In this document: piece by piece, positions 46,948-58,595 of the stretch
How the letters are laid out: each line of letters begins with the position of its first letter
Numbering within the stretch: position 1 is the first letter of the stretch
DNA from: Desulfurococcales archaeon
Lineage (GTDB): Archaea > Thermoproteota > Thermoprotei_A > Sulfolobales > Desulfurococcaceae
DNA length: 64,000 nt
Direction of reading: 5' to 3'
Assembly: GCA_027022365.1 (NCBI GenBank)
Contig: JALVYU010000026.1
Coordinates: 96,001 to 160,000 of the forward strand
Translations under genes and position numbers: made by a program
The notes under the pieces: model-generated
Database searches by the model: none
The model's input: the letters and a program-made list of their open reading frames with translations, nothing else
What the model was told of the DNA's origin: nothing

Positions 46948-48579
46948 TTGTTGAACAAGTGGGTCATGGCTGGACTATTACTGGCCATTGTATTGCTACA
47001 GCAACTCTGCCCGGTTGTTCATGAGGGCATAGTCCCGGTATGTAATAACTTTATATCCGCGATAATCAAGCCCATGGGCTATTCATATACCATGGCGCAT
47101 CTCAAATTGAGGTGCCCGGTAAAGAATGTTCTCCCCATCCCTCTACCACTATTTAATACACGGATTAACGGTACGTTATGTGCACATATAAATAATACCA
47201 TGATACGAAGCATATCAACGTTCAGCTTAAAAATGATCCCTGCCAACACGCCGATGACGAAGGTGATCTGGGGAAAAGGATCCCTGAGGCTAAATACAAC
47301 TATTAATAATTCTTCATTCGAGACAATTTATCTCGAGTATCACTATAGGGTCTACAACGTCTCAAGTATAATCTCTGGGACGGGATCGGGGATTGTAAGG
47401 ATAAATATTAGTGATAACAAGTCGATTATAGACGCTATAATTAAAGCAAATAATGCAACTATGAGCTTTGTGGAAAATGCAATAGAGACTTTCATAGTAA
47501 CACCGCTCCTAGGTAGACCATTAAGCCTCAGAGTGAGACATAATACAACACTATACTTGTTGAGAGTTGAGTATACAGGGATCCCCGCAATTATATGGGT
47601 CAATTTCACCGGCAACTACAATGCGGTTAGCTGGCAATATAATGGGCTCTCCTATCCATCTGCAAATGGAAGCTTCACCCTAAATTACAAGGTTAAGTAT
47701 GCTATAGGCCTAGATAGGATCATTAATATGACCATGAATATGAGTGACAATATCTACAGACTATCTGACCTACTTCACCCTATCGAGACATACAACATTT
47801 TCCCAATAACATGGGAGGCTCAGCATATCGTAGAAATACTAGTTTCCAATTCTCTAGCCATATGTAATTCATCATCAATAGACTTAACCATAAGAACAAT
47901 CAACGGAACCTATCTCTATACAGATATTAGAATACTATATCCACGGAGTAGAGTTGACGGGGGCAATGCAGCCCTACTCATAGGTCTAAGTATCAACGGC
48001 TACGGCGCCAACACGTACTTGAGGATCAGGAAGCAATCAGTATTGCTTGACAAGTACCTTGGCAGGAACAGGACATATACTGTTGATAAGCTTATAGGAT
48101 CCCCGCTAATGCCACCTACGGATATTCATGATCTTATAAGCCCTGACAGCTACATGAAAATATATATTGGTGCGTCAGCCTCATTTATACTCCGCTATAT
48201 CCTTGGGGGCAACTGTTTCAGGACACCAAACAAGAGATGGATAAACATTACTAGGGAGTGGATCGTCGTGAGGCCATTTCCAGACGCCATAAACACAGTC
48301 CTTGTCTATCTAACGTTAACAGGATTTACACCACTTTCTAACTATAGATTCTTATATGAAAACAATAGACACATACATGTAACAAGTCCGAACACTACAA
48401 CATCTACAAGCTCCTCGACATATACTACTCCATGTACTACTAGGCACACACTCTCACCATCAACTCATAGGACGGGTAATTCCATGTACACACATATGGC
48501 CGGGTTTATCATATTTGTCACTATCTCATTAATAGCATACGCTATATTACATAAGAGAAGGGGGACATACAGCAACTAA
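46948..48579 (+). CDS. Secreted, membrane-anchored surface glycoprotein
   Basis: Signal peptide, many N-x-S/T sequons, Thr/Ser-rich linker, C-terminal TM plus KRR. Confidence 0.8.
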   Translation: MLNKWVMAGLLLAIVLLQQLCPVVHEGIVPVCNNFISAIIKPMGYSYTMAHLKLRCPVKNVLPIPLPLFNTRINGTLCAHINNTMIRSISTFSLKMIPANTPMTKVIWGKGSLRLNTTINNSSFETIYLEYHYRVYNVSSIISGTGSGIVRINISDNKSIIDAIIKANNATMSFVENAIETFIVTPLLGRPLSLRVRHNTTLYLLRVEYTGIPAIIWVNFTGNYNAVSWQYNGLSYPSANGSFTLNYKVKYAIGLDRIINMTMNMSDNIYRLSDLLHPIETYNIFPITWEAQHIVEILVSNSLAICNSSSIDLTIRTINGTYLYTDIRILYPRSRVDGGNAALLIGLSINGYGANTYLRIRKQSVLLDKYLGRNRTYTVDKLIGSPLMPPTDIHDLISPDSYMKIYIGASASFILRYILGGNCFRTPNKRWINITREWIVVRPFPDAINTVLVYLTLTGFTPLSNYRFLYENNRHIHVTSPNTTTSTSSSTYTTPCTTRHTLSPSTHRTGNSMYTHMAGFIIFVTISLIAYAILHKRRGTYSN

Positions 48580-48589
48580 AATGTTACTC

Positions 48590-48872
48590 GCCGACAAGAT
48601 TGGTTTTCCTCTTGAGAGACCTAGTAGTAGGTCTGAAGTAAAGGTATCACTAGTGCCGGTTGTGTCTACGGCCTCGCTTACACTGAACGCTGGGAGCCCG
48701 ATTCCCTGCACTTCTAGTTATCCCGTAGATCACTATTTCTAGCCACGCTTAACATCCATAATCTCGGGATCATCTTCCATTGACTTCTCGGCTACATCCT
48801 TATAGTTTTCGAGATCGGTTAGACCTCATCGCCTTGCGTCTGTTTACTAGGGACAATATCCACTTTTCTCAG
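48590..48872 (-). pseudogene. PfkB-family carbohydrate kinase remnant
   Basis: VDIV..NRR.AMRLT...VKRG*...LPAFSVSEAVDTTGTSDTF..LLLGLSRGKP with several stops. Confidence 0.65.
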
Positions 48873-48949
48873 GTGTGTCTGAGGATGACGTTGTCATTAG
48901 AGTTTGGATGAGACCAAGCCTATGGAGGAGCATGTGGTCGTGACGCCCG

Positions 48950-49015
48950 AGATCAGCATTCGTTCCCTAGGGCATCGCCTCGAGGGCTTCCCCAAAGACC
49001 AATAATCATCATCCT
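48950..49015 (-). ncRNA. C/D box sRNA candidate
   Basis: C ATGATGA (49012-49006) and D CTGA (48956-48953) spanning 60 nt; internal boxes degenerate. Confidence 0.45.
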
Positions 49016-49079
49016 AGACTCTTATTTTCCTGTTTAGCTGTTATTTATTCTTCCTAGTAGATGCTCCGGTGTTATTGGT

Positions 49080-50228
49080 ATGGACGAATATGTGTTGAGA
49101 AGCCTGTGTCGTGCACTAGGAAGTCTCTGTAGGAGTGTTGTCGATGCACTCTATACTCCTCCTAAGAGGCTCTACTTGAGGGTTAATACATTCTTGATTA
49201 AACGGGGCGAGCTTATTGATAGATTAAGGGAGAGGGGGATAAGGGCTTACCCGGATCCTTTCGTTGATGAAGCACTGTACATTGTTCTTGAAGGCCCCTT
49301 CAGAATCGAGGCGCTCCAGAAAAAGATAGTGGTTAACAGACACGCGGCAGAATCCATATTAATGGGGGCCAACACCTATGCCCCCGGCGTTGTCAGCTAT
49401 GATCCTTTCAGGCGTGGAGACACTGTCACGATCATGGCTCCGAATATGAGGCCTGTCGCCATAGGTATCACTGTTATTGATTCCGGCCAGCTCAAGAAGA
49501 TGAAGCACGGCCTTGTAGCCAGAACTATTAAGAGCGTGTACAGTGCGCCCCCGATAAGGGAGATGCCCGAGTACAGGACGGGTTATTTCTACCCACAGAG
49601 CCTCCCAGCCATGATGGTCTCTAAACTCATGGATCCCCGCCCCGGGCAACTCATAGTCGATATGAACTGCTCCCCGGGTGGCAAGACAAGCCATGTGGTG
49701 CAACTCACAAGGGGGAGTGCCAGAATACTTGGTTTCGATCGTAATCTGGGGAAGGTGGAACGAGTACGTGAAACCCTCACTAGGCTTAAACTATACCTGA
49801 ACACAGTACTTGCCCCGGCTGATACGAGGTATATCGATGTAGACCTGCTGGGGGAGAATAGAGCCGATGCAGTACTTATTGATCCGCCGTGCACAGGACT
49901 CGGTGTTAGGCCGAAGATAGAGATAAGGACGAGAAAACCTGATCTCGTGAACAGTTATCTCTATCAGAGACAGTTCTTCAGGCCCGCGAAGAAGATTGTC
50001 AAGCCGGGAGGCAGGATAGTATACTCCACCTGCACACTCACATACGAGGAGAATGAGGGCAACATACTATATGCTGTTAAAGAACATGGACTGGAATGCG
50101 TTGATCTGGGAAGAATACCGTATGCGGAAAAACTCGTTTTCAGAGACTGTACAGCCTACAGGTTTGGGCCGCACATAGATGATATGCCGGGCTTTTTCAT
50201 CTCGGTTCTTAGGAAGCCCTCTTCCTAA
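49080..50228 (+). CDS. RsmB/NOP2 RNA m5C methyltransferase with PUA domain
   Basis: DMNCSPGGKT, DPPCTGLG, YSTCT..EENE. Confidence 0.95.
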   Translation: MDEYVLRSLCRALGSLCRSVVDALYTPPKRLYLRVNTFLIKRGELIDRLRERGIRAYPDPFVDEALYIVLEGPFRIEALQKKIVVNRHAAESILMGANTYAPGVVSYDPFRRGDTVTIMAPNMRPVAIGITVIDSGQLKKMKHGLVARTIKSVYSAPPIREMPEYRTGYFYPQSLPAMMVSKLMDPRPGQLIVDMNCSPGGKTSHVVQLTRGSARILGFDRNLGKVERVRETLTRLKLYLNTVLAPADTRYIDVDLLGENRADAVLIDPPCTGLGVRPKIEIRTRKPDLVNSYLYQRQFFRPAKKIVKPGGRIVYSTCTLTYEENEGNILYAVKEHGLECVDLGRIPYAEKLVFRDCTAYRFGPHIDDMPGFFISVLRKPSS

Positions 50229-50775
50229 TTATTGCCGAGCCGCATAGCGGGCATAGAGTCTCCTTGGGGCTTGAGGGCACGTAGCCGCAGACCGGACAGA
50301 AAGCACGATACTTCCTGGGCTTTTTGATCCCGGTGGTCCGGAGGGGCTTGAACCCTATTCCCATATGGTACAGGAGGTTCTGGAGACTATAGTCATCGGT
50401 TATAACTACTACTGCTCTACACTTCTTTCTGAGAGTGAGGGCTAGGGCAGCGACCACTATATCCGTACGCGATAATTTAGTTAGTTCGCCTACTTTTTTA
50501 GCAGTTCTCATAGCTTCATCTATGCTTGTCGATTCAGGCTCAACAACACTGATCCTGCCTATGTTAAGCCCTAGCTCTAGGGCTTCCCGGCTCTCCCTAT
50601 CCTTAACTTCATCGCACACCTCTGCCGGGACAAAGTAGTCCGCATTACCTATATTAGCTATTAAATGATACTTAGCTAGGAGAGCCCCTGTATCAAGCAC
50701 TATACAGATCTTTTTATTGGACGAAAAAGAGCCTCCTCCTATCGAATACTTTCTTAGCCACATCTCTACGTCCAC
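50209..50775 (-). CDS. nob1: Nob1 endonuclease (PIN plus Zn ribbon)
   Basis: VLDTGA, LSRTD, TDDYSLQN, CPVC..CPLCG; start uncertain. Confidence 0.9.
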   Translation of the reverse strand: MDVEMWLRKYSIGGGSFSSNKKICIVLDTGALLAKYHLIANIGNADYFVPAEVCDEVKDRESREALELGLNIGRISVVEPESTSIDEAMRTAKKVGELTKLSRTDIVVAALALTLRKKCRAVVVITDDYSLQNLLYHMGIGFKPLRTTGIKKPRKYRAFCPVCGYVPSSPKETLCPLCGSAIIRKRAS

Positions 50776-51583
50776 TCAGCCTTATTATTCTAAAACTACG
50801 GAAATCCATCTCGACGAGGAGCTCCGAGCCCTTACCCATGGATTCCATGTTTTCCCCATCAACGTATAGGTCGACGTGGCCGTGTATTCTAACAAGTAGC
50901 TTTGATAGTCTTGACACTATTATTGGTTTAATATTTAGTTCCATAGGATTTAGGGGAGCAACACTGATCCCGCTGACAGAATACTCCATTAGGCTGCCGC
51001 CCACAGACAAGTTATAGGCGGCAGAACCGGCAGGCGTCGAGATAATTATTCCATCTCCATAGAAGAAAAGATGAGATCTCATCCCGGGAGTCACTATTTC
51101 TAACTCGAACCTCAGTACTCTCCCGTGGTCAATGCTTATGAGAGCTGATTCGTTCAATGCATAGTAGCTAGCTCTAGGTGATAGGATGTGCAGCCTGTCG
51201 TAATCCTCGATCACGAAATCCCCGTTGATAACCCTGTCAATAACAGGCTCTATATCATCAGCTCCGATGTCCTCATAGAGAATTGTACGTCTACCACAAG
51301 GTATTGGTAGGATGAGCGGTGTATTCTCGGGATACACCCTCGATATTTTCAGGAGAGTACCATCACCACCAATCCCAACTATTAGGTCAACGTACTCCCT
51401 CGCCCCACGTATTATGTCGTCAACCCAGAACGTCTCGACATTAACACCCCTCGACATAAGGGCGCGACGCACAGTCCTTGCTAGCTCTATGCATTTCTCG
51501 CTCGGCCTGTAAACGATGTAGGCTTCCTTGAAATAACTATTCCTCTGCAACGCCGATCCGTACTCCGTCGGTAAGCATATCAT
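50714..51583 (-). CDS. nadK: NAD kinase
   Basis: GGDGTLL, ALNE, GDGIIISTPAGSAAYNLSVGG. Confidence 0.93.
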   Translation of the reverse strand: MICLPTEYGSALQRNSYFKEAYIVYRPSEKCIELARTVRRALMSRGVNVETFWVDDIIRGAREYVDLIVGIGGDGTLLKISRVYPENTPLILPIPCGRRTILYEDIGADDIEPVIDRVINGDFVIEDYDRLHILSPRASYYALNESALISIDHGRVLRFELEIVTPGMRSHLFFYGDGIIISTPAGSAAYNLSVGGSLMEYSVSGISVAPLNPMELNIKPIIVSRLSKLLVRIHGHVDLYVDGENMESMGKGSELLVEMDFRSFRIIRLSGRRDVAKKVFDRRRLFFVQ

Positions 51584-51666
51584 GTCTATGATTAATTAGT
51601 AGCAGGCCTATAGTTAAACAATTACATGGAGAGATAATAAAAACTAGGATAGGGAGAGAAAACGGC

Positions 51667-52632
51667 TTGAAATGCATCGAGGTACCTAAGAAGTACGCGG
51701 AAAGAACGATAAAACTGCTTCGTGCACTGCATATTATGGATAATGAACATATTATTACTAGGAAGAATGACTATGTGTTGATTCCCGTTAAGAAGGAGCC
51801 TCCTGTGAATAGTGAGTTAAGCTCTATCCCTATGAAGTTAATAATATGTAATCCTCCTGCGAAAAAGAAGAAAGAAGTTAAGGTTCCAGCCCACGATATT
51901 GTAGGAGACATAGCAGTTGTAAGGGAGAATGTTCTCGAATACATGAGTATAGAAGAGATCGTGGAAGCACTCCGTACAACCTATCCGAGAATTAGGACGA
52001 TATATCTTAAGAAAGGAACGGAGGGCGAGTTCAGGGTTGCAGAACTTGAGCTATTATGGGGTGTCGATGATCCTTTAACTATCCATAAAGAGTATGGCTT
52101 GAGACTAAAGGTTGATCTTAAGAGAGCATATTATAATCCACGATTATCCGAAGAGCATAAAAGGATCGCTGAGAACGCTGAGGACGGGGAAACCATATTC
52201 GATCTTTTCTCCGGAATAGGAGGATTTGCAATACATATTGCTTCACTACATAAAGCCACTGTTCTGATGAATGATCTGAACCCGTACGCGGTGAGACTAG
52301 GTGTCGAGAATATACTGCTTAACAAGAGGAGGATCAGGGGGACAATAATACCTCTCCACATGGACGCTATTCTTGCTCCCAAATACTTTAGGGCTGAGAG
52401 TTTTGATAGAGTTATAGCCAATATACCGCGTTCTAGCCATTTGTTCGAGGAGATCTACTGGTATTTACTTAGGAGCAAAGGCATACTTCACCTTTACTTC
52501 CTATCCAGTATTAGCGAGCGGGACGAATTCATAAAACGATATTTCGCACGCTGGAAATTAACCGGCATTAGGAAAGTCATTGATTATGCTCCCTACGTTT
52601 TTATATGGAGAGCGGATCTCGTCAAGCCCTAG
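51667..52632 (+). CDS. trm5: Trm5/Taw22-family tRNA methyltransferase
   Basis: GEFRV, YYNPRLSEEH, DLFSGIGGF, DLNPYA, IANIP. Confidence 0.85.
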   Translation: MKCIEVPKKYAERTIKLLRALHIMDNEHIITRKNDYVLIPVKKEPPVNSELSSIPMKLIICNPPAKKKKEVKVPAHDIVGDIAVVRENVLEYMSIEEIVEALRTTYPRIRTIYLKKGTEGEFRVAELELLWGVDDPLTIHKEYGLRLKVDLKRAYYNPRLSEEHKRIAENAEDGETIFDLFSGIGGFAIHIASLHKATVLMNDLNPYAVRLGVENILLNKRRIRGTIIPLHMDAILAPKYFRAESFDRVIANIPRSSHLFEEIYWYLLRSKGILHLYFLSSISERDEFIKRYFARWKLTGIRKVIDYAPYVFIWRADLVKP

Positions 52633-53049
52633 GACGTATATATCCAAGACTAGCTCCTCTTCTTCTCTAAGCATATCAACGAGGACTCTATTGATATCCC
52701 TAGCAGCCTTGTTGGCTCTTATAGCTAGCGTTGCCGGCTCGACATAGGCGCTCTTCCTAACTACTATTCTGCGCTGGTCGCTTAACTGGAGCTTTGCTGA
52801 CCCCTGCGCTAAAACTATGTCTTGCACATGACCGGCCCTCAATACTATGATTATGATAGCATCATCTCTCCTTATCGCATCCTTCACTCGGGGATCCAGA
52901 TCGTCAGCGGACTTATCGGCATTCACACCTATAATACAGTCGCCTCTAGGAGTGAGATAGGGGTCCTTGGTTATCTCAAATGTCGTTCTATGCGTAGCTC
53001 TTATCATTGGATGGCCATACGCCCTAATAGTCTCATGGAGCACCAGCAC
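52558..53049 (-). CDS. DUF371 domain protein
   Basis: GHPMIRATHRTTFEITKD.YLTPRGDCIIG. Confidence 0.9.
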   Translation of the reverse strand: MLVLHETIRAYGHPMIRATHRTTFEITKDPYLTPRGDCIIGVNADKSADDLDPRVKDAIRRDDAIIIIVLRAGHVQDIVLAQGSAKLQLSDQRRIVVRKSAYVEPATLAIRANKAARDINRVLVDMLREEEELVLDIYVLGLDEIRSPYKNVGSIINDFPNAG

Positions 53050-53099
53050 TGTTCACCCATATTAGCATTATAGAGGGCTACTATATACTATATTCATGG

Positions 53100-53777
53100 T
53101 TGAGGGTTATGAACGAAAAACGGTTTGACGAAGAAAGAAGGCGTGTAGTCAAGTACTTGGAGAGCCTGGGATATATTAAGAGCGAGAAGGTCAAAAAAGC
53201 ACTGCTCCGTGTACCTAGGGAAGAGTTTGTACCCGCGCCCTATAGAGATCTAGCCTACGTTGATCGCCCACTACCCATAGGGTACGGACAGACAATAAGC
53301 GCTATCCACATGGTCGCCATTATGACCGAGGCCCTGGATCCCCGGCCTGGAGACAAGGTGCTCGAGATAGGTACAGGGTCGGGTTATCAAGCAGCAGTAT
53401 TGGCCGAGATAGTTTGTAGAGATGGATATGGACACGTGTATTCTATCGAGAGAATACCTGAGCTCGCCGAATACGCGCGCAGGAACCTTGAGAGAACAGG
53501 GTATAGTGATTGTGTCACTGTGATAACCGGGGATGGGTCACGCGGCTATCCCGAGGAGGCGCCCTATGATAGAATAATCGTGACGGCGGCCGCACCCGAT
53601 GTACCAAAACCTCTGATTGAACAGCTAAAGGATGGTGGGCGGATGGTTATCCCTGTGGGTGATAGATGGATACAGAGACTCTACATTATTGATAAGAAGA
53701 ATGGTAAAACCGTTATCAGGCGTTCGATCGAGTGCCTCTTCGTCCCGTTGATCGGCGAGTTTGGATGGAAATACTAG
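53100..53777 (+). CDS. pcm: Protein-L-isoaspartate O-methyltransferase
   Basis: [26 protein letters not shown]. Confidence 0.97.
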   Translation: MRVMNEKRFDEERRRVVKYLESLGYIKSEKVKKALLRVPREEFVPAPYRDLAYVDRPLPIGYGQTISAIHMVAIMTEALDPRPGDKVLEIGTGSGYQAAVLAEIVCRDGYGHVYSIERIPELAEYARRNLERTGYSDCVTVITGDGSRGYPEEAPYDRIIVTAAAPDVPKPLIEQLKDGGRMVIPVGDRWIQRLYIIDKKNGKTVIRRSIECLFVPLIGEFGWKY

Positions 53778-54826
53778 CGTTTGAACCAAGCCTCGAGACC
53801 CATTTGTCTGCCCTTGATATGCTCCCTGTACGCTTTCATTAGTCTCTGGACAGCGTTCTTCACTCGCTCCGGATTAAAATCGTGCTCCTCGACGAGTATC
53901 TCGTAGATCGCCTTCTCATCGGGCTCTCTCCATTCAAGCTTATAATCCGATGTAACGGGAGGGTTTAGGAAGTACTGCTTAATCTTTTCTGGCGGTACCG
54001 GGAATTCCGCCTTGTATAGTTTTATGATCTTTTCTATTGTTCCGTAGGCTTTTATAAGTTGCAACGCTTTCTTGGGCCCTATACCCTTTATTCCATCAGG
54101 GTTATAATCTGTTCCAAGCATTATCGCGATATCTATTAGTTGTTCACGAGTTATACCAAGTGCTTCCAGTAGTTTCTTAAGCTCTATTACCTCAGGCTTT
54201 ATCTCGATGTAGACATTCTTCCTCGGAAGCTTCCTCCGACCAGTAATGGTCAGATTCCTTACAAGCCTAGGCGAACCGAACAATAAGCTATCATAGTCCT
54301 GCGATGCACTAGCCCACGCATCCCCTCTGCTCGCAATATATGCTGCCTGCGCCTCTCCTTCTGCTGGTGCTTGAACCCATGGTACACCCATTGCATCTAA
54401 GAGCTTCTTAGCATCAGCTACCATTTCATCCGTTAGTTTCGCAGCCATCATAGCGTATCGTCTGGCCGCCTCCAGGTCACCCTTTCTAATAGCCTCCTCA
54501 TACTTCTTCGTCGCATCCTCCTTGATCTTCTTTCTCCTCTCTATCTCCTTGGCCTTCATCTCAGGTGGTTTGCCATCGAAAACATATGCAGGCTTGATCC
54601 CATGCTCCATGATGTTTATCGTCCTATAGAAAAGGCCGCTGAGATGACTTGTTATTCTACCCTGACTATCCATTAGCGGCGTCCCATCGGGCTGCCTAAT
54701 CGCCGTTAGGAACTGGTAGAGAGCATTGTATCCGTCTATAACAATCACTTTACCCCGTAAAGCCCTTAAGTCCTCAATTATTATCTTAGCCTTGTCAGGG
54801 ATCAAATCCCTAAGATTAACACCCAT
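53774..54826 (-). CDS. fen: Flap endonuclease 1
   Basis: [25 protein letters not shown]-terminal PIP box QMGLEAWF. Confidence 0.98.
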   Translation of the reverse strand: MGVNLRDLIPDKAKIIIEDLRALRGKVIVIDGYNALYQFLTAIRQPDGTPLMDSQGRITSHLSGLFYRTINIMEHGIKPAYVFDGKPPEMKAKEIERRKKIKEDATKKYEEAIRKGDLEAARRYAMMAAKLTDEMVADAKKLLDAMGVPWVQAPAEGEAQAAYIASRGDAWASASQDYDSLLFGSPRLVRNLTITGRRKLPRKNVYIEIKPEVIELKKLLEALGITREQLIDIAIMLGTDYNPDGIKGIGPKKALQLIKAYGTIEKIIKLYKAEFPVPPEKIKQYFLNPPVTSDYKLEWREPDEKAIYEILVEEHDFNPERVKNAVQRLMKAYREHIKGRQMGLEAWFKR

Positions 54827-54893
54827 AAGGGAACACCTCCCTAGCTATCATTATTTTATTTATATCTATAGCAAAATAAGCAGTGAACATAAT

Positions 54894-55151
54894 TCAAGAA
54901 AGAATCTTTATGATATTGGGTGATACTTTAATTATTAGATCCCTACCGACACGGGTGACAACAATAAATCCTCTCAGCTCGAGCTTCATTAATTCCTCGT
55001 AGAACTCTGATCTCGATACATCTACACCATGCTCTTTCTTCAGTGTTTCAAGCAGGTCTTTCTCGCTGACACCAGATGTATGGTTCAGTACTTCTTCTAG
55101 TATTAGTCTGAATAATGGCTGATTTCTCCATATCTCGGAGAACCGCGGCAT
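54894..55151 (-). CDS. Small wHTH protein
   Basis: LMKLELRGFIVV. Confidence 0.75.
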   Translation of the reverse strand: MPRFSEIWRNQPLFRLILEEVLNHTSGVSEKDLLETLKKEHGVDVSRSEFYEELMKLELRGFIVVTRVGRDLIIKVSPNIIKILS

Positions 55152-55252
55152 GACTATCTACCCTGTTCTGCATCGTTATTGTAATTGGTCATGTATGGGT
55201 TATTGTTCCGAGTTATATAAGCATTAACAAGTAGAATAACTATGAGCGGAAG

Positions 55253-57493
55253 CTAGGAATAAACAGACGGCTTGAGATACTCTCTTGGAAGCCTCTGCCT
55301 TGCTCTCGTCGCCCATTCCTCGTATATCCTTACTATCTCCGGGGTTATCGATGGCTTTACCTTCTCCATCGCCTCTAGGAAGTGCCTCATATGTATCTGT
55401 GTGATATTTATGTCTTCCTTAAGCGCTCTCATGGCTGCTTCACGAACAAGTGCCTCTAGATCAGCACCGCTATAACCTTCAGTTCTCTGTGCAAGCTCGT
55501 AGAGGTCCACGTCGGGCGCCAAAGGCATGTTACGCGTATGTATCTTTAGTATTTCGAGCCTCGAGTTGACATCGGGTGGCGGCACATAGATGAGTTTATC
55601 GAATCTCCCTGGCCTCAGTAGGGCTGGGTCTAGTATATCGGGCCTATTGGTCGCCGCTATCACTACTACGTTCTCAAGACCGGATATCCCGTCCATTTCT
55701 GTTAGTAGCTGGCTAACTATTCTCTCGGTAACTCTTGTATCGGCAGCATATCCTCTAGCTGGCGCAATTGCATCGATCTCGTCGAAGAAGATCACTACGG
55801 GCGCGTACATTCTCGCCTTACGGAATATCTCCCTAACAGCCTTCTCTGATTCTCCTACCCATTTGCTTAGGATTTCGGGCCCTCTTACTGCTATGAAGTT
55901 GGCGCCGCTCTCGGTGGCGACAGCCTTAGCCAACAAAGTCTTACCAGTACCCGGGGGGCCATAGAGTAGTATACCCTTTGGAGGCCTTATGCCGAGGCGC
56001 TTGAACACCTCGGGATATTTCATGGGCCATTCAACAGCTTGTTTTAGCTCCTGTTTAGCCTCCTCTAGGCCTCCGATATCGTTCCAGGAGACCTCAGGGA
56101 CTTCAACATAGATCTCTCTTAGGCCGCTCGGCACTATTTCTTTATATGCCGCCATGAAATCCTCCATTCTCACCTCCATTTTCTCGAGTACTTCCGGCGG
56201 TATCGTGTCGCTGTCCAGATCTATTTCGGGCAGGTATCTGCGTAGCGCGTTTAAGGCGGCCTCTCTTACGAGTGCAGCTATGTCGGCGCCAGTGTACCCA
56301 TGTGTTATCTCGGCGAGCTTCTTCAAGTCAACATTGTCTGCCAGAGGCATTCCTCTGGTATGGATCTGTAGTATTTCTAGTCTTCCCTGCTTATCTGGCA
56401 GCGGTATCTCGATTTCACGGTCGAATCTGCCCGGTCTTCTCAGCGCGGGGTCAAGAGCGTTGGGTCTGTTAGTCGCCGCTATCACTATTACGTCTCCACG
56501 GCTCTCTAGACCATCCATAAGGGCTAGTAGCTGTGCTACTACCCTCCTTTCTACTTCGCCCATTACTTCATCTCTCTTCGGCGCAATTGCATCGATCTCG
56601 TCGATGAAGATTATCGCTGGAGCGTTCTTCTTTGCTTGCTCAAATATTTCTCTTAGCCTCTGCTCTGACTCACCATAGAACTTGCTCATTATCTCTGGTC
56701 CGTTTATCGCGATGAAGTAAGCCTCTGACTCATTAGCAACTGCTTTGGCAAGCAATGTCTTGCCCGTGCCCGGCGGGCCGTATAGGAGTATGCCTTTAGG
56801 CGGATCTATTCCTAAGCGCTTGAACAGCTCCGGATGCCTCAGTGGAAGTTCAACCATTTCGCGTATCTTCCTGATGATATGCTTCATGCCTCCGATATCC
56901 TCGTAAGTTACGCGCGGCACTTTGTAGGCATCCATGGGTTTTTCTAGAAGGACGACGTTAGTTGTTCTCTTGATTATGACAGGCCCCTTCGGCTTCGTGA
57001 AGACTACTTTGAGGGGCAGGCTCTGGCCAAGTATTGGTATCATGACAATATCTTCTTCCATAACAGGCCTGTCGAGGAGCTTGTTCTTTACATAATTAGC
57101 CAGCCTATGGTCTGCCGGGGCGAAGTACTTAGCGGGAGCTAGTTTTACAACGACAGCTGGTGGCACGTTTATTTTCTCGATAACCACCTTGTCACCGATC
57201 TTAACGCCGGCGTTCTGCCGGGTTATATTGTCGAGCCTGATAATGCCTAGTCCGCGGTCCTGAGGCCTCCCCTGTATTACCCTTACAACAGTCCTCCTTT
57301 TCCCCTCGACCGCTATTATGTCGCCGTTCTCTAGCCCCAGTTTCTCCATGACCTCCGGATCTATGCGTGCAATACCCTTACCCACGTCCTTAGGCTCTGC
57401 TTCTAGAACCCTCAATGTGATCTTGTTCTTATCCTTCTTGGAAGAGGCTGATATGTTCACCGACCCCCACACCTTAAACAGTGGTAAACACAT
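55253..57493 (-). CDS. cdc48: CDC48/VCP AAA+ ATPase
   Basis: Two AAA modules (GPPGTGKT twice) and an N domain; true start probably GTG 57460. Confidence 0.97.
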   Translation of the reverse strand: MCLPLFKVWGSVNISASSKKDKNKITLRVLEAEPKDVGKGIARIDPEVMEKLGLENGDIIAVEGKRRTVVRVIQGRPQDRGLGIIRLDNITRQNAGVKIGDKVVIEKINVPPAVVVKLAPAKYFAPADHRLANYVKNKLLDRPVMEEDIVMIPILGQSLPLKVVFTKPKGPVIIKRTTNVVLLEKPMDAYKVPRVTYEDIGGMKHIIRKIREMVELPLRHPELFKRLGIDPPKGILLYGPPGTGKTLLAKAVANESEAYFIAINGPEIMSKFYGESEQRLREIFEQAKKNAPAIIFIDEIDAIAPKRDEVMGEVERRVVAQLLALMDGLESRGDVIVIAATNRPNALDPALRRPGRFDREIEIPLPDKQGRLEILQIHTRGMPLADNVDLKKLAEITHGYTGADIAALVREAALNALRRYLPEIDLDSDTIPPEVLEKMEVRMEDFMAAYKEIVPSGLREIYVEVPEVSWNDIGGLEEAKQELKQAVEWPMKYPEVFKRLGIRPPKGILLYGPPGTGKTLLAKAVATESGANFIAVRGPEILSKWVGESEKAVREIFRKARMYAPVVIFFDEIDAIAPARGYAADTRVTERIVSQLLTEMDGISGLENVVVIAATNRPDILDPALLRPGRFDKLIYVPPPDVNSRLEILKIHTRNMPLAPDVDLYELAQRTEGYSGADLEALVREAAMRALKEDINITQIHMRHFLEAMEKVKPSITPEIVRIYEEWATRARQRLPREYLKPSVYS

Positions 57494-57601
57494 ATGAATT
57501 AGTGATAGGCATCATCCTACGGTTAGAGAATCGTATAATCCCCTTAAATACTATTGTTAACAAAAGAGTTCATGCTATTGTTACAGGAGGGATAAAAACC
57601 G

Positions 57602-57877
57602 TTACTCGCTAATCCTGTGTACGGCTTCTACCTCTACCTGGCTTACCCCCTCAACACCCATGACGGCTTTCTCCAGCGGCTCTGTGCCTCCTTCAGTCTC
57701 CTCGGGCATGAATACGTATAGCCTGAGAGCTTTCAGGCCGAACGCGATGGGCTCAATATCGTATCCCTTGATCTCGTAGCCCTTCGGTAAAGCCTCAGCG
57801 ATCTTGTTCTTGAGCTCTTCTAGGTCAATATTTATATCTTCAGGTAGAACCTTTAGAAGTACGAGCACCTTAGCCAT
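57602..57877 (-). CDS. ef1b: Elongation factor 1-beta
   Basis: EPIAFGLKAL. Confidence 0.97.
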   Translation of the reverse strand: MAKVLVLLKVLPEDINIDLEELKNKIAEALPKGYEIKGYDIEPIAFGLKALRLYVFMPEETEGGTEPLEKAVMGVEGVSQVEVEAVHRISE

Positions 57878-57896
57878 ACATGTACACCTCTCCTAG

Positions 57897-58115
57897 TTAT
57901 GGGCCCCTGAACCCGCAGTTGGGGCATACATATGGTACGGATAGCTTTCTACACTTCTTACATCTTCTTATAATTACCTGTCCACAGTTTGGGCAGATAA
58001 ACGCTGTACCGTGCTCGTGGGGCGGGATTATTCGGTGACAACTACTGCATACTGGCGGCGAAGCAGCCTCCAGCAGCGATATGTTCTCCGTCTCCAAAGT
58101 GTATTTCGCACCCAT
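57897..58115 (-). CDS. Zn-ribbon RNA-binding protein (DUF1610)
   Basis: CSSC, F.CPNCG, RC..CR, Y.CPNCGF.GP; conserved neighbour of ef1b. Confidence 0.9.
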   Translation of the reverse strand: MGAKYTLETENISLLEAASPPVCSSCHRIIPPHEHGTAFICPNCGQVIIRRCKKCRKLSVPYVCPNCGFRGP

Positions 58116-58232
58116 TTCCAGTCACTCCCACAATGCACTTCTACTATGCTATCCGATAATCTTTTAGGGAGACTTAAAAAAGTATTCCAAACTACTCCCG
58201 AGTAATGTATTCTGAGCATTCGGTGATTAGGG

Positions 58233-58595
58233 ATGATCGATGGTGATTATAAGCAGGTAATAGTCGTACGTACAGATATACGTATGAGTAAGGGCAAATT
58301 AGCAGTTCAAGTGGCGCATGCCTCCGTGATAGCAGCGTTCACAGCCTATAGAGAATATAGAAAATGGTTCGATAAATGGTGGTCTACTGGCCAGAAAAAA
58401 GTTGCGTTAAAAGGAGGTGATGAGAAAGAACTCTTAGCGATAGCTGACCAGGCCATACGCTCTGATCTACCAGTAGGTATAGTTAGGGATGCCGGCCTCA
58501 CAGAGCTTCCCCCCGGGACTCTCACGGCAGTCGCGATCGGGCCTGCTCCAGCGGATAAAATAGACCGTATAACGGGGAGGCTAAAACTATTATGA
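58233..58595 (+). CDS. pth2: Peptidyl-tRNA hydrolase Pth2
   Basis: KGKLAVQVAHA, DAGLTE, IGPA. Confidence 0.97.
   Translation: MIDGDYKQVIVVRTDIRMSKGKLAVQVAHASVIAAFTAYREYRKWFDKWWSTGQKKVALKGGDEKELLAIADQAIRSDLPVGIVRDAGLTELPPGTLTAVAIGPAPADKIDRITGRLKLL

Noticed and set aside
55590-56678. Long plus-strand ORFs within cdc48, and similar antisense ORFs across the window
   Set aside because: Antisense shadows of conserved genes; the internal DNA repeats reflect the duplicated AAA domains.
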